Below, piece after piece: positions 19,936 to 29,230 of a stretch of 64,000 bases of DNA. The stretch is taken from positions 1 to 64,000 of IMG/VR virus record IMGVR_UViG_3300042317_001647; one strand, given 5' to 3'. A program made the translations under genes and the position numbers. The stretch's first letter is position 1. Every line of letters starts with the position of its first letter. The notes under the pieces were generated by a model, which saw only the letters and a list, made by a program, of their open reading frames with translations, did no database searches and had not been told where the DNA came from. The stretch comes from an uncultured virus (IMG/VR IMGVR_UViG_3300042317_001647). Its lineage: Duplodnaviria > Heunggongvirae > Uroviricota > Caudoviricetes.

Positions 19936-22479
19936 ATGGCAATAGTTTCCATTTCAAGAATACAACAGCGTCGCGGAAGAAAATTCAGTGGCACTGGATT
20001 ACCACAATTAGCAAGTGGTGAATTAGGGTGGGCGATTGATTCCCAAGAATTATATATTGGCAATGGCTCTGTTGCCGAAGGTGCACCACATGTTGGCAAC
20101 ACTCGATTGTTAACTGAACTTGATGTACCAAATTTAAAAGGCGAATCAGCTAATTTACTTGGCAATTTAGATTATATCTATAAAGCAAGTGGATCAATAC
20201 AAAGAGTCGAAATCGTAGCACCTGGCACTGATTATACAGATGGTACTTACAATAATGTTGAATTAGAGTGGGTTACATATGGTGATCGGCCAATATCATT
20301 ACCAACCGCAACTATCACGGTATTTAATGGCGCGGTCGTAACTGTAAACATTACATCGATTGGTTATGGGATATCGTATGGATCACAATTTACGGTACCA
20401 ACTAACGCATTAGGATTGGATAATATCAGAACAGGTTTTACATTTACAGGAACTGTTCATCCAGGATCAAATATAATAACAAATATCACACAAAATATAG
20501 ATAAATTTGTGGTTGGAATGGAGATATATGGCACCGGTATCCTGAATAATTCAGTGGTAACTGAAATCGGGAGTTCTTCTGTAACTATTTCAAATAATTC
20601 CAACATTATATCTGATCAAACAGTAAATTTGAACACTAGAAGTGTTGACTTTTTGTTACGGGCAATATCGGTAACTGGTCCATCAGTGCCGGTCAAGTAT
20701 ACTGCTTTACGAACCATACAGTCTCGCTTGGATGATAGAGTGAATACTGCCGATTTTGGCACATATGGGAATGGCATAGTTGACGACACTGTTAGCTTAC
20801 AAAATGCTATTAATCAATTATTTCTGAATGTTCCACCCGTTATTACAATCAATGCTGTATCAGCGCCAGGAAGTTATACAATCAATACTGCTAGTGCTAG
20901 TTATTCGTATGTTGGAGCAGAAATAGGTGGCCCAGGAATTCCAGTTGATACCGTTATTTTATCAGTAATACCAGGTATTAGTATTACAATGGATAATCCA
21001 TCTTCTAGCACAGAAACCGATCCGCAAATTTTTGATATCATATTACCAGCAGCCGGGAGTTTGGCATCAGCTAATCCAGAATTTAGATCTATCCTTGAAA
21101 TACCACCTGGAACATATAATATCTCCAATACATTATATGTTCCCAGTTATGCAACAATAGTAGGTGCTGGTATTGATAAAACCATTTTAAAATTTAACAG
21201 AGATAGACACATTACAGGAAATGCAAACTATAATAGTTTTACAATATCTACTATTAGTGCAGCAGAATATATGATTGGTGCAATAGTATCAGGGCCATCA
21301 ATCTCACCCGGCACTATTGTCGTAGACGTCATTGATTCTGAAAGTTTAATATTAAATAACGTTGCTACAGATGATGTAACTAATGGCGAATTTGTTTTAA
21401 CAATGGTTCAAGACACCGCTGTTGTTAAATTTGTAAATGAATTATCACGTCCTGGATCACCTAATTCTATTGAGAATACCACATCATTAAATCAACCGAA
21501 AAATATTATATTCAAAAATTTATCTATTAGCGTGTTAGATAATGTGTCAGATGGGTTACAATTAGATGCAGTAAAAGATAGTATATTTGAAAATATCGCA
21601 TTGTCTAGTACATGGAGTTCTGGCACAAGAACCACCAATTATGGTATTTCAATGGCGGCTGTAAGTGAGAGTGTTACCACTACTAATAACTTATTCAAAA
21701 ATATAATTATTAATAATTTTGGTTATGGTGTTTACTCCGATTACGATATCGATAATAATAAATTTGTTGATGGTACTATTTCATCTGGTACTTATGGCAT
21801 GGTCTTTGGTGAATTTTTCAATCCATCAATTGTAGGAAAAGAATATGGCGCTAGAAATACATTAATTAGCAATTTAAAATTTTCTAATATTATAAAACAA
21901 GCAATTTGGATTAAGACTGGTGTAAAAAACATAATCGATAATATCATCCTAGCGAATGTTGGTGATAATGATGGGGTCCTTATTCCTCAAATTTATTCTG
22001 ATAATTTTGGCAATATAATTAGAAATATCAAATCTGACCGCTGGGATTATTATTCATTACCAATCAGATCAACTTATGTACCTGAATTTAGTGGCAAGGG
22101 TCTGTACGAGGTAGATGAAACTATAGCTCTACCATTGATATATACATTGACTAGTAGAAAATTGTTTAATCTACCATCATCCGTGTCAATCGAGGGTGTT
22201 CAACAACGATCAATTATTCACGAAATAGAATATGTATACTCCAGTACAGTAGGAGAGTTTACAAGAAAAGGCATTATCACAGTAATTGCTGATATAGCCA
22301 ATTCACAAATCCATTCGTCAGATGAATATGATTACGTAGGAAATGAGGATTTTCTTGGTTGGCTTGATTTTACAGCAGCATTTTCAGGTGGTCAATCCGC
22401 CATCGGTATCTATTATACAAACAGTCTACTAGACGATATTGGTATCTTCTCGTTTACGTATAAATCATCGATTCAGTAA
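19936..22479 (+). CDS. Large virion (tail/baseplate) protein with beta-helix-like region
   Basis: IQQRRG...GELGWAIDSQELYIGNG N-terminus; DFGTYGNGIVDDT...IPPGTY pectate-lyase-3-like motif. Confidence 0.65.
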   Translation: MAIVSISRIQQRRGRKFSGTGLPQLASGELGWAIDSQELYIGNGSVAEGAPHVGNTRLLTELDVPNLKGESANLLGNLDYIYKASGSIQRVEIVAPGTDYTDGTYNNVELEWVTYGDRPISLPTATITVFNGAVVTVNITSIGYGISYGSQFTVPTNALGLDNIRTGFTFTGTVHPGSNIITNITQNIDKFVVGMEIYGTGILNNSVVTEIGSSSVTISNNSNIISDQTVNLNTRSVDFLLRAISVTGPSVPVKYTALRTIQSRLDDRVNTADFGTYGNGIVDDTVSLQNAINQLFLNVPPVITINAVSAPGSYTINTASASYSYVGAEIGGPGIPVDTVILSVIPGISITMDNPSSSTETDPQIFDIILPAAGSLASANPEFRSILEIPPGTYNISNTLYVPSYATIVGAGIDKTILKFNRDRHITGNANYNSFTISTISAAEYMIGAIVSGPSISPGTIVVDVIDSESLILNNVATDDVTNGEFVLTMVQDTAVVKFVNELSRPGSPNSIENTTSLNQPKNIIFKNLSISVLDNVSDGLQLDAVKDSIFENIALSSTWSSGTRTTNYGISMAAVSESVTTTNNLFKNIIINNFGYGVYSDYDIDNNKFVDGTISSGTYGMVFGEFFNPSIVGKEYGARNTLISNLKFSNIIKQAIWIKTGVKNIIDNIILANVGDNDGVLIPQIYSDNFGNIIRNIKSDRWDYYSLPIRSTYVPEFSGKGLYEVDETIALPLIYTLTSRKLFNLPSSVSIEGVQQRSIIHEIEYVYSSTVGEFTRKGIITVIADIANSQIHSSDEYDYVGNEDFLGWLDFTAAFSGGQSAIGIYYTNSLLDDIGIFSFTYKSSIQ

Positions 22480-22488
22480 AAATTTTAC

Positions 22489-22517
22489 TAGACTTATCAC
22501 CAATTGTAGTGTATAAT
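22489..22517 (+). promoter_or_regulatory. sigma70-type promoter for nrd genes
   Basis: TAGACT-17-TATAAT. Confidence 0.7.
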
Positions 22518-22651
22518 ACTCTGTATTAGGTGATAAGTTAATTAATAATCCTTAATTTTCAATAACTTATCAATTTTTTAACATCTTGCTTATCATCAAT
22601 AAATACTACCTAAACGGATTTAAGTAGACAGATAAGCGAGAGTAACAACAT

Positions 22652-24181
22652 ATGGATATGAACAAAATTACAGTAATAAAAAGAAATGGCCAAAGAGAGC
22701 CATTGACCATTGAAAAATGGCAGTCCCAAATCGCTAAAGTATGCGCGGGAATAGCAGATGTCAGTCAATCAATGATTGAAATCAAGAGTCAGCCACACTA
22801 TTATGATGGTATCACAACCAAAGAAATCGATGAAATAACATTACGTGCAATCGTTGATCTTATTGATGTTGAAGCTAATCCTGATATTGGTCACACTAAC
22901 TATCAATTTGTAGCCGGTAAACAACGGTTATCTATGCTTCGCAAAGATGTATACGGACAATACAACCCACCGAGCCTCTATTCAATTGTGCAAAACAATA
23001 TAGCAATTGGTCTTTATACACCTGAATTATTATCATGGTACAGTGAAGATGATTGGAATAAAATGGACTCGTTTATTGATCATGACAAAGATGAGCAATA
23101 TTCATATGCTGCAATTGAGCAGTTGATTGAAAAATATCTGATCAGAAATCGTTCAACAAAAGAAGTATTTGAAACACCTCAAATACGATACATGGTTGCG
23201 GCAGCTACTGTCTTCCATAAAGAAGAACCAAATTCTGCTAGAATGAAATACATAAAGGAATATTACAATGCCGCATCTGATGGCCTTTTTACTTTGGCTA
23301 CTCCTGTTCTCGCTGGCCTCGGAACCCCCACAAAACAATTTAGCAGTTGCGTTCTTATACGCAGCGACGACGATCTTGATAGTATATTCGCCTCTGGAGA
23401 AATGATGGCCAAATATGCTAGCAAACGTGCTGGCATCGGATTAGAAGTTGGTAGATTACGTCCGTTAGGTTCGCCTATCAGAGGTGGAGAAATCATGCAT
23501 ACCGGCATGATTCCATTCTTAAAAAAATGGTTTGGTGATCTGAAAAGCTGTAGCCAAGGTGGTATCAGAAATGCGTCTTGTACAGTATATTTCCCAATCT
23601 GGCACTATCAATTTGATGATTTGATTGTATTAAAAAATAACCAAGGCACAGAAGAAACCCGTGTTAGACATATGGACTATGGGGTTGTATTATCGGCGCT
23701 ATTTTGGAGACGATTCAAAGCTAAAGAAAATATCACATTCTTTGATCCAAATGAAGTTCCAGAATTGTACGAAGCATTCTATAGAAATAATGCACAATTT
23801 GAAGAATTATACGTAAAATACGAAAAACGCAAAGATTTAAGAAAAAAAGTTATTTCAGCAGAAGAAGTATTCAAAGGTGGATTACTTAAAGAACGCACTG
23901 ATACCGGGCGTATTTACCTAATGTATGTTGATAATGTCCAAAATCAAGGACCATTTGATACTAACATTCACCCAATCTATCAATCAAATTTATGTGCAGA
24001 GATAGTGTTGCCTTCAGTTCCATTTAAGTCATTAAACGATGAAGGTGAGTTTAAATTAACATTGGATAATGGCGTTGATGTGGTATTACCAGGACAGCAT
24101 AAAGTTCTGTTAGCTAACGGTGATAAGAAAAAAGTTAGAGAACTAACCGAAGATGATGATATTAAAGATTTACTAATGTAA
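22652..24181 (+). CDS. nrdA: Class Ia ribonucleotide reductase alpha subunit, N-terminal piece
   Basis: ATP cone (VIKRNG), FSSCVL, CSQGGIR and SNLCAEI active-site loop, followed by a ~45-aa non-RNR tail. Confidence 0.92.
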   Translation: MDMNKITVIKRNGQREPLTIEKWQSQIAKVCAGIADVSQSMIEIKSQPHYYDGITTKEIDEITLRAIVDLIDVEANPDIGHTNYQFVAGKQRLSMLRKDVYGQYNPPSLYSIVQNNIAIGLYTPELLSWYSEDDWNKMDSFIDHDKDEQYSYAAIEQLIEKYLIRNRSTKEVFETPQIRYMVAAATVFHKEEPNSARMKYIKEYYNAASDGLFTLATPVLAGLGTPTKQFSSCVLIRSDDDLDSIFASGEMMAKYASKRAGIGLEVGRLRPLGSPIRGGEIMHTGMIPFLKKWFGDLKSCSQGGIRNASCTVYFPIWHYQFDDLIVLKNNQGTEETRVRHMDYGVVLSALFWRRFKAKENITFFDPNEVPELYEAFYRNNAQFEELYVKYEKRKDLRKKVISAEEVFKGGLLKERTDTGRIYLMYVDNVQNQGPFDTNIHPIYQSNLCAEIVLPSVPFKSLNDEGEFKLTLDNGVDVVLPGQHKVLLANGDKKKVRELTEDDDIKDLLM

Positions 24182-24232
24182 TAGTTAACATAACCTAATG
24201 TACATAAATACATTATAAAAGGAGAATGTATA

Positions 24233-25009
24233 ATGTATATTGGGTTTATTTACGAATGGACTAATAATGTAAATGGTATGAAATATTTAGGGTCACATAA
24301 AGGAACTATAGACGATGGATATACCGGCAGTGGTTATAGATTTTTAAATGCGGTTAGAAAATATGGAATAGATATATTCACCCGGGTTATAGTTGAATAT
24401 GTACAATCCGAAGAACAATTGTTTATTCGAGAACAATTTTATCTAACCGCCCGTGATTGTGCTAATAGTAAAACTTACTATAACATTTCACCATCAGCGG
24501 GTGGTGGGGATACTGGGTCTGGTCATAAAATTAGCAAAGCACATAAAATTGCATTTGAAACTGGAACTCGCAAAGCTTGGAACAAAGGATGCACCCTAAC
24601 CTGCAACCAAAAAGCCAATTTATCAATAGATACCTGGGAGATTATAACACCAGACGGGGACACACTTATAGTAAGGAATATGTTAGATTTTTGTAAAACA
24701 CATTCATTAAATCCATCAACTATGAGTGCTGTTGCTAGAGGAAAGCGTGGTCATCACCATGGCTATAAATGTAAAAAACTTACAAATATTAGAAATGTAC
24801 CTTACGAATATGCCACATATCGATACCTGACATCAGAAGAAAAAAATAAAATTAATAGTGAATCTGTTAAAACTGCAAAGAGATTGAAAGCGTTGCCAAA
24901 AATAGAATTTGATGGCATTATTTATAATTCACTAGTCGATGCATCTATTAGTACTGGAAAGAGTAGATATATTTTAATAAAATACGGAAAATTATTAAGG
25001 AATAATTAA
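24233..25009 (+). mobile_element. GIY-YIG homing endonuclease inserted in nrdA
   Basis: GFIYEWTN...KYLGSH, YTGSG, REQFY, YYN motifs; NUMOD-like C-terminal part. Confidence 0.85.
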
Positions 25010-25019
25010 GGAATAATTA

Positions 25020-25979
25020 ATGAAAATAATTAAAAAAGAATGCACCCGTGCTGTGCCAAAAATCAGTTTATGCACACTTGGAAGTATCAACTGGGGGGCT
25101 TTCAGAAACCCAGAAGATATGCGTAGGGCGTGTCGTATTCTACACCGCAGTCTTAACAATATTTTGGATTACCAAGACTTCTTATCAATCCAATCTAAAT
25201 TATCTAATGATGAAATTAGACCGCTAGGAATTGGTATTACAAATCTTGCATACTGGGCTGCTAAACGTGGATTCAAATACGGTGATCCAGATATGCTATC
25301 AGAAGTAAAAAGTTGGATTGAACATCTAGCATATTATACCACCGAATCCAGTGTTGAATTAGCAAAAGAACGCGGTGCGTGTGAGCATAGTCATTTAACG
25401 AGATACGGCCAAGGTATATTCCCATGGGAATTACGTGCAGAGGGTGTTAATGAGTTAACTGATTTCACACCAGAATTAGACTGGGAAACCTTACGAGCTA
25501 GTATGAAACAATATGGAGTTAGAAATGCCACACAAATGGCTATCGCACCAGTTGAATCCAGTTCTGTTGTTATCAATAGCACAAATGGAATTGAAATGCC
25601 AATGCAGTTAATTCAAACCAAAGAATCAAAAGCTGCATCATTAACGCAAGTAGTTCCAGAATACCATAAACTGAAAAATAAATATCAGTTACTATGGGAC
25701 CAGACTGATTGCATAGGTTACTTAAAAACTGCATCTGTTTTAGCAGCATATGTCGATCAAGCAATCTCAGTGAATACTTTTTATTCGCCTAAACACTTTC
25801 CAGATAGAAAAGTACCAGGAACATTAATTGCGAAAAATTTGATGTTAGGACATAAATGGGGACTAAAAACCTTTTATTACTCACTTATAGATAAAGCTGG
25901 TTCAAAAGCAGAAGATGAAGTTGATTTACCAAGCGGTATTGATGAAGGTGAAGCAGATTGCGAATCTTGCAAATTATAA
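25020..25979 (+). CDS. nrdA: Class Ia ribonucleotide reductase alpha subunit, C-terminal piece
   Basis: ISLCTLGSIN, RPLGIG, AIAPVESSS, KTFYY and terminal CESCKL; own AAGGA SD. Confidence 0.92.
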   Translation: MKIIKKECTRAVPKISLCTLGSINWGAFRNPEDMRRACRILHRSLNNILDYQDFLSIQSKLSNDEIRPLGIGITNLAYWAAKRGFKYGDPDMLSEVKSWIEHLAYYTTESSVELAKERGACEHSHLTRYGQGIFPWELRAEGVNELTDFTPELDWETLRASMKQYGVRNATQMAIAPVESSSVVINSTNGIEMPMQLIQTKESKAASLTQVVPEYHKLKNKYQLLWDQTDCIGYLKTASVLAAYVDQAISVNTFYSPKHFPDRKVPGTLIAKNLMLGHKWGLKTFYYSLIDKAGSKAEDEVDLPSGIDEGEADCESCKL

Positions 25980-25990
25980 TGGAGAATAAT

Positions 25991-26269
25991 ATGATTCACA
26001 TTTTAAAAGAAGGAAATAAACTACATAATGGATTTAATTTTTATCCGTTGTCTGATACAAGAAGTTTTGGATTTAAAGTTAGATATGGAAAGAAGATCCC
26101 AATGACCGAATTAGGTTCTAAATTATTTGTTTTTAGATTTAGTAAATTAAATAAAAAATGGATTGTTAAATTTGAAGACCATAGTTCAGTAACCGGCTAT
26201 ATGGCTACAAATGGTGGGAATATTTTTAATGAAGGGTTGCAAGCTTATATCGATGAACAAAATACCTGA
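25991..26269 (+). CDS. Hypothetical protein
   Basis: GGAG SD before ATG 25991. Confidence 0.55.
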   Translation: MIHILKEGNKLHNGFNFYPLSDTRSFGFKVRYGKKIPMTELGSKLFVFRFSKLNKKWIVKFEDHSSVTGYMATNGGNIFNEGLQAYIDEQNT

Positions 26270-26399
26270 TATAGAACATCTAAAACAAAAATTAGAAACA
26301 GAAACCGATCCTCTAGTAAAATGGAGGATTGAAAAACAAATCGAATTACTAGAAGATGCATTAGTAATTTATCACGAAAGAAGATTACCAGACGAATAA
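26253..26399 (+). CDS. Small hypothetical protein
   Basis: Fills the gap before nrdB; helical, charged. Confidence 0.45.
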   Translation: MNKIPDIEHLKQKLETETDPLVKWRIEKQIELLEDALVIYHERRLPDE

Positions 26400-26408
26400 G
26401 GACAAGGA

Positions 26409-27521
26409 ATGTCAGAACAACAATATAACTTAAAAACACAAACAGATTATTTAAATCGTAAAATGTTCCTTGACCCAGCAGGGCCAGTAACTATTCAACG
26501 GTTTGAAGAAGTCCGATATCCCAAAATTCAAAAATTTGAACAAACTGCTCGTGGTTTCTTTTGGGTACCAGAAGAAATTTCATTGAGTAAAGATGCCAAT
26601 GATTTCAAAGATGCAAGTGATGCTGTTAAACATATTTTCACTAGCAATGTATTAAGACAAACTGCATTAGACAGTTTACAGGGACGTGGGCCAACCCAAG
26701 TGTTCACACCAGTATGCTCGGTTCCAGAAGTCGAAGCATTAATGTATAATTGGGGGTTTTTTGAAACAAACATTCATAGCCGCAGTTATAGCCATATTAT
26801 TAGAAATATTTACAATGTGCCAAAAGAAGTATTCAATACCATTCATGACACAAAAGAAATTATCGACATGGCATCTAGTGTTGGTAAATATTATGACAAA
26901 CTTCACAAATATAACTGCCTAGCAGAAGTAAAAGATACTGTTAACTTCCTCTACAACGAAGAAGCACATATAGATCACATTTGGTTGGCTTTACATGCTA
27001 GTTATGCATTAGAAGCTTTCCGATTTATGGTATCATTTGCTACTAGTTTAGCCATGGTAGAGAATAAACTATTCATCGGAAATGGTAATATAATTTCATT
27101 AATTTTACAAGATGAATTATTACACAAAGACTGGACTGCTTATATTATTAATCAATTAGTTAAAGATGATCCAAGATTTGCAGCAGCTAAAGTACGGTTA
27201 GAACGTGAAGTATATGGTATCTACGAATCAGTGATCAGAGAAGAAAAATCTTGGGCAGATTACTTGTTTATGAAAGGACCAGTGATCGGGTTAAATGCCA
27301 ATATCTTAAAAGATTTTGTCGATTACACAGCAGTTGGTTCATTAAAAGAAATTGGTATTAAGTACCAAGGAACTGCACCAAAAACCACTCCAATACCATG
27401 GTTTACACGTCATACTGATCCTAGTAAAAAACAAACCGCTTTACAAGAAAGCGAATCGATTAGTTATGTAATTGGTGTGATGAGCAGCGAATTAAATTAT
27501 GATGAACTACCAAACATTTGA
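26409..27521 (+). CDS. nrdB: Ribonucleotide reductase beta subunit (class Ia)
   Basis: FFWVPEE, LDSLQGR, ETNIHSRSY (radical Tyr), LEAFRF, DELLH. Confidence 0.95.
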   Translation: MSEQQYNLKTQTDYLNRKMFLDPAGPVTIQRFEEVRYPKIQKFEQTARGFFWVPEEISLSKDANDFKDASDAVKHIFTSNVLRQTALDSLQGRGPTQVFTPVCSVPEVEALMYNWGFFETNIHSRSYSHIIRNIYNVPKEVFNTIHDTKEIIDMASSVGKYYDKLHKYNCLAEVKDTVNFLYNEEAHIDHIWLALHASYALEAFRFMVSFATSLAMVENKLFIGNGNIISLILQDELLHKDWTAYIINQLVKDDPRFAAAKVRLEREVYGIYESVIREEKSWADYLFMKGPVIGLNANILKDFVDYTAVGSLKEIGIKYQGTAPKTTPIPWFTRHTDPSKKQTALQESESISYVIGVMSSELNYDELPNI

Positions 27522-27529
27522 GGTATATT

Positions 27530-28084
27530 ATGAGTTATTTGTTAAAAAAAGCAAAAGAAAAAGTTAAAAAGTTAGAAGAAGAGTTAAAAGGTGCTGATAT
27601 CAGTGATGCTTGGAAAGAATCCCTTGAAGAACAGTTAATAAAAGCAAAAGCTGAAGTTGAAAAATTCAAATCATTAGAACTACAAAATTTAGAGCAAATT
27701 GCATCAGAAATGAAAGTAATCAAAGGACACATAAAAGCAGTAGATGATAAGTATGAGTGTCGCACAGTTAAATTTATGTTTGCAGTAGCTGATTTTTTTG
27801 ATAAACCTAGATCTATTTCAAAATCATTAGCGAAAAACATACGTGAATATACAATCACCAAAATTAATGCACCCGTCTGTAGTATAGTAGGTAGTCCTAA
27901 ACCAGAATTGCCGCCAATGCCACAGCATGGTGGTATTCCAGAAAATACAGTGTATCTAGAACAACGACGAAAAGATCGCGAAGAAATGGTGAAGTTCAGG
28001 AATATTTCTGTTAATTATTTGGAGGCTAAACCATCCAAATTAGACCGAATTAAAGCAAAAGTAAATGCGTTCAAAAACGCATAA
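27530..28084 (+). CDS. Hypothetical protein, coiled-coil N-terminus
   Basis: GAGG SD before ATG 27530. Confidence 0.55.
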   Translation: MSYLLKKAKEKVKKLEEELKGADISDAWKESLEEQLIKAKAEVEKFKSLELQNLEQIASEMKVIKGHIKAVDDKYECRTVKFMFAVADFFDKPRSISKSLAKNIREYTITKINAPVCSIVGSPKPELPPMPQHGGIPENTVYLEQRRKDREEMVKFRNISVNYLEAKPSKLDRIKAKVNAFKNA

Positions 28085-28089
28085 TAGAT

Positions 28090-28118
28090 TTGACAACGTG
28101 TGAAGTATGATGTATAAT
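28090..28118 (+). promoter_or_regulatory. sigma70-type promoter
   Basis: TTGACA-17-TATAAT. Confidence 0.85.
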
Positions 28119-28153
28119 AGTACTTCACACAACACAAATATAAGGAAATAAAA

Positions 28154-28321
28154 ATGGCACAAGTTCAAGAAGAAGTAGTAGTAATTAAATTAAGCAAATT
28201 GGTAAAAAATGATGATGCGTTAAAAGAATCGCTAATTGGAGAAGAGTTTGAATCAACTGTTGAATCAATTGTTCAAGAATTAGTCGGTAGTAATGTTATT
28301 GTAGAAGTAGAGAGAGCATAA
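28154..28321 (+). CDS. Small hypothetical protein (55 aa, not in ORF track)
   Basis: AAGGA SD; MAQVQEEVVVIKLSKLVK...VIVEVERA. Confidence 0.7.
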   Translation: MAQVQEEVVVIKLSKLVKNDDALKESLIGEEFESTVESIVQELVGSNVIVEVERA

Positions 28322-28322
28322 A

Positions 28323-28625
28323 ATGTCAGATCAAGTTCCAGCAGATTATGTGGTCAATGCTGAAGGATTTTTAACAAAGCCATATTCAAAAAATGTAGCA
28401 ATTGTTTGGTCAAAGGATCAATGCACATTCTGTGATCAAGCAAAAGCATTATTACGAATGAAAGGTTATGAATATGAAGAACGTAACATTTCAGGTGATA
28501 GATGGACTCGTGAAGATTTGCTCGAAGCCGTTCCCACCGCACGAGCCGTTCCACAAATTTTCGTCGATGGCAATTATATCGGCGGGTTCACAGAATTAAG
28601 ACAATATTTACAGGAAGCAGTATGA
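28323..28625 (+). CDS. Glutaredoxin
   Basis: CTFC, AVPQIFVDGNYIGGF. Confidence 0.9.
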   Translation: MSDQVPADYVVNAEGFLTKPYSKNVAIVWSKDQCTFCDQAKALLRMKGYEYEERNISGDRWTREDLLEAVPTARAVPQIFVDGNYIGGFTELRQYLQEAV

Positions 28626-28909
28626 TTATAGATAAAGGCGTTTCACCTGGTGAAGTAGTCACCGTAAAATTAACCTCCGGCGAGGAATTGATTGCATCAT
28701 TAGTTGAAGAACGTAATGATTTCATCAAAGTTTCAAAACCAAAAGTATTAGCAAGTGGTCATAATGGAATTGGCATGGTCCCATATTTATTCACAGTAGA
28801 TCCCGATAGGGATATCAAGTTGGCTAGATCAACTATCGTTGTTCTTGAACCTTCTGATAAAGAATCAGCTTCTCAATATACCAAATCAACAACTGGTATC
28901 ATCGTTTAA
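28622..28909 (+). CDS. Sm-like fold phage protein
   Basis: VVTVKLTSGEELIA beta pattern. Confidence 0.5.
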   Translation: MIIDKGVSPGEVVTVKLTSGEELIASLVEERNDFIKVSKPKVLASGHNGIGMVPYLFTVDPDRDIKLARSTIVVLEPSDKESASQYTKSTTGIIV

Positions 28910-28972
28910 TCACAAGCACCTGCTAATACCTAATTCAGAAATAATGTACTCAATATTTCTGATAAATAAGTC

Positions 28973-29230
28973 ATGGGTTATAAAATATTAGCAGGTGCAC
29001 CTTTCGACAAAAACAATCTTTTCACCACATCTGGATTGGATGCTGGTCCAATAAAAGTACTATATGAATCTGCCATAGTTCAAAGTATGGATGGAGGCGA
29101 TTTTACTCAAGGACTACCAACAGAAATTTTACATGATGGGGGTGAAATCCCGCTCGCCGGAACTGCATCCTACTATCCATCTAAAATTTATGGCCCTGAA
29201 GATATAGTGACGGTATTCTATGACAACTAA
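28973..29230 (+). CDS. Hypothetical protein
   Basis: ATG 4 nt after TAAATA. Confidence 0.5.
   Translation: MGYKILAGAPFDKNNLFTTSGLDAGPIKVLYESAIVQSMDGGDFTQGLPTEILHDGGEIPLAGTASYYPSKIYGPEDIVTVFYDN

Noticed and set aside
24040..25060. Group I intron or functional split intein in nrdA
   Set aside because: No non-coding room or recognisable core for an intron; the C-piece has its own SD/ATG; intein terminal catalytic residues are absent. RT-PCR would settle it.
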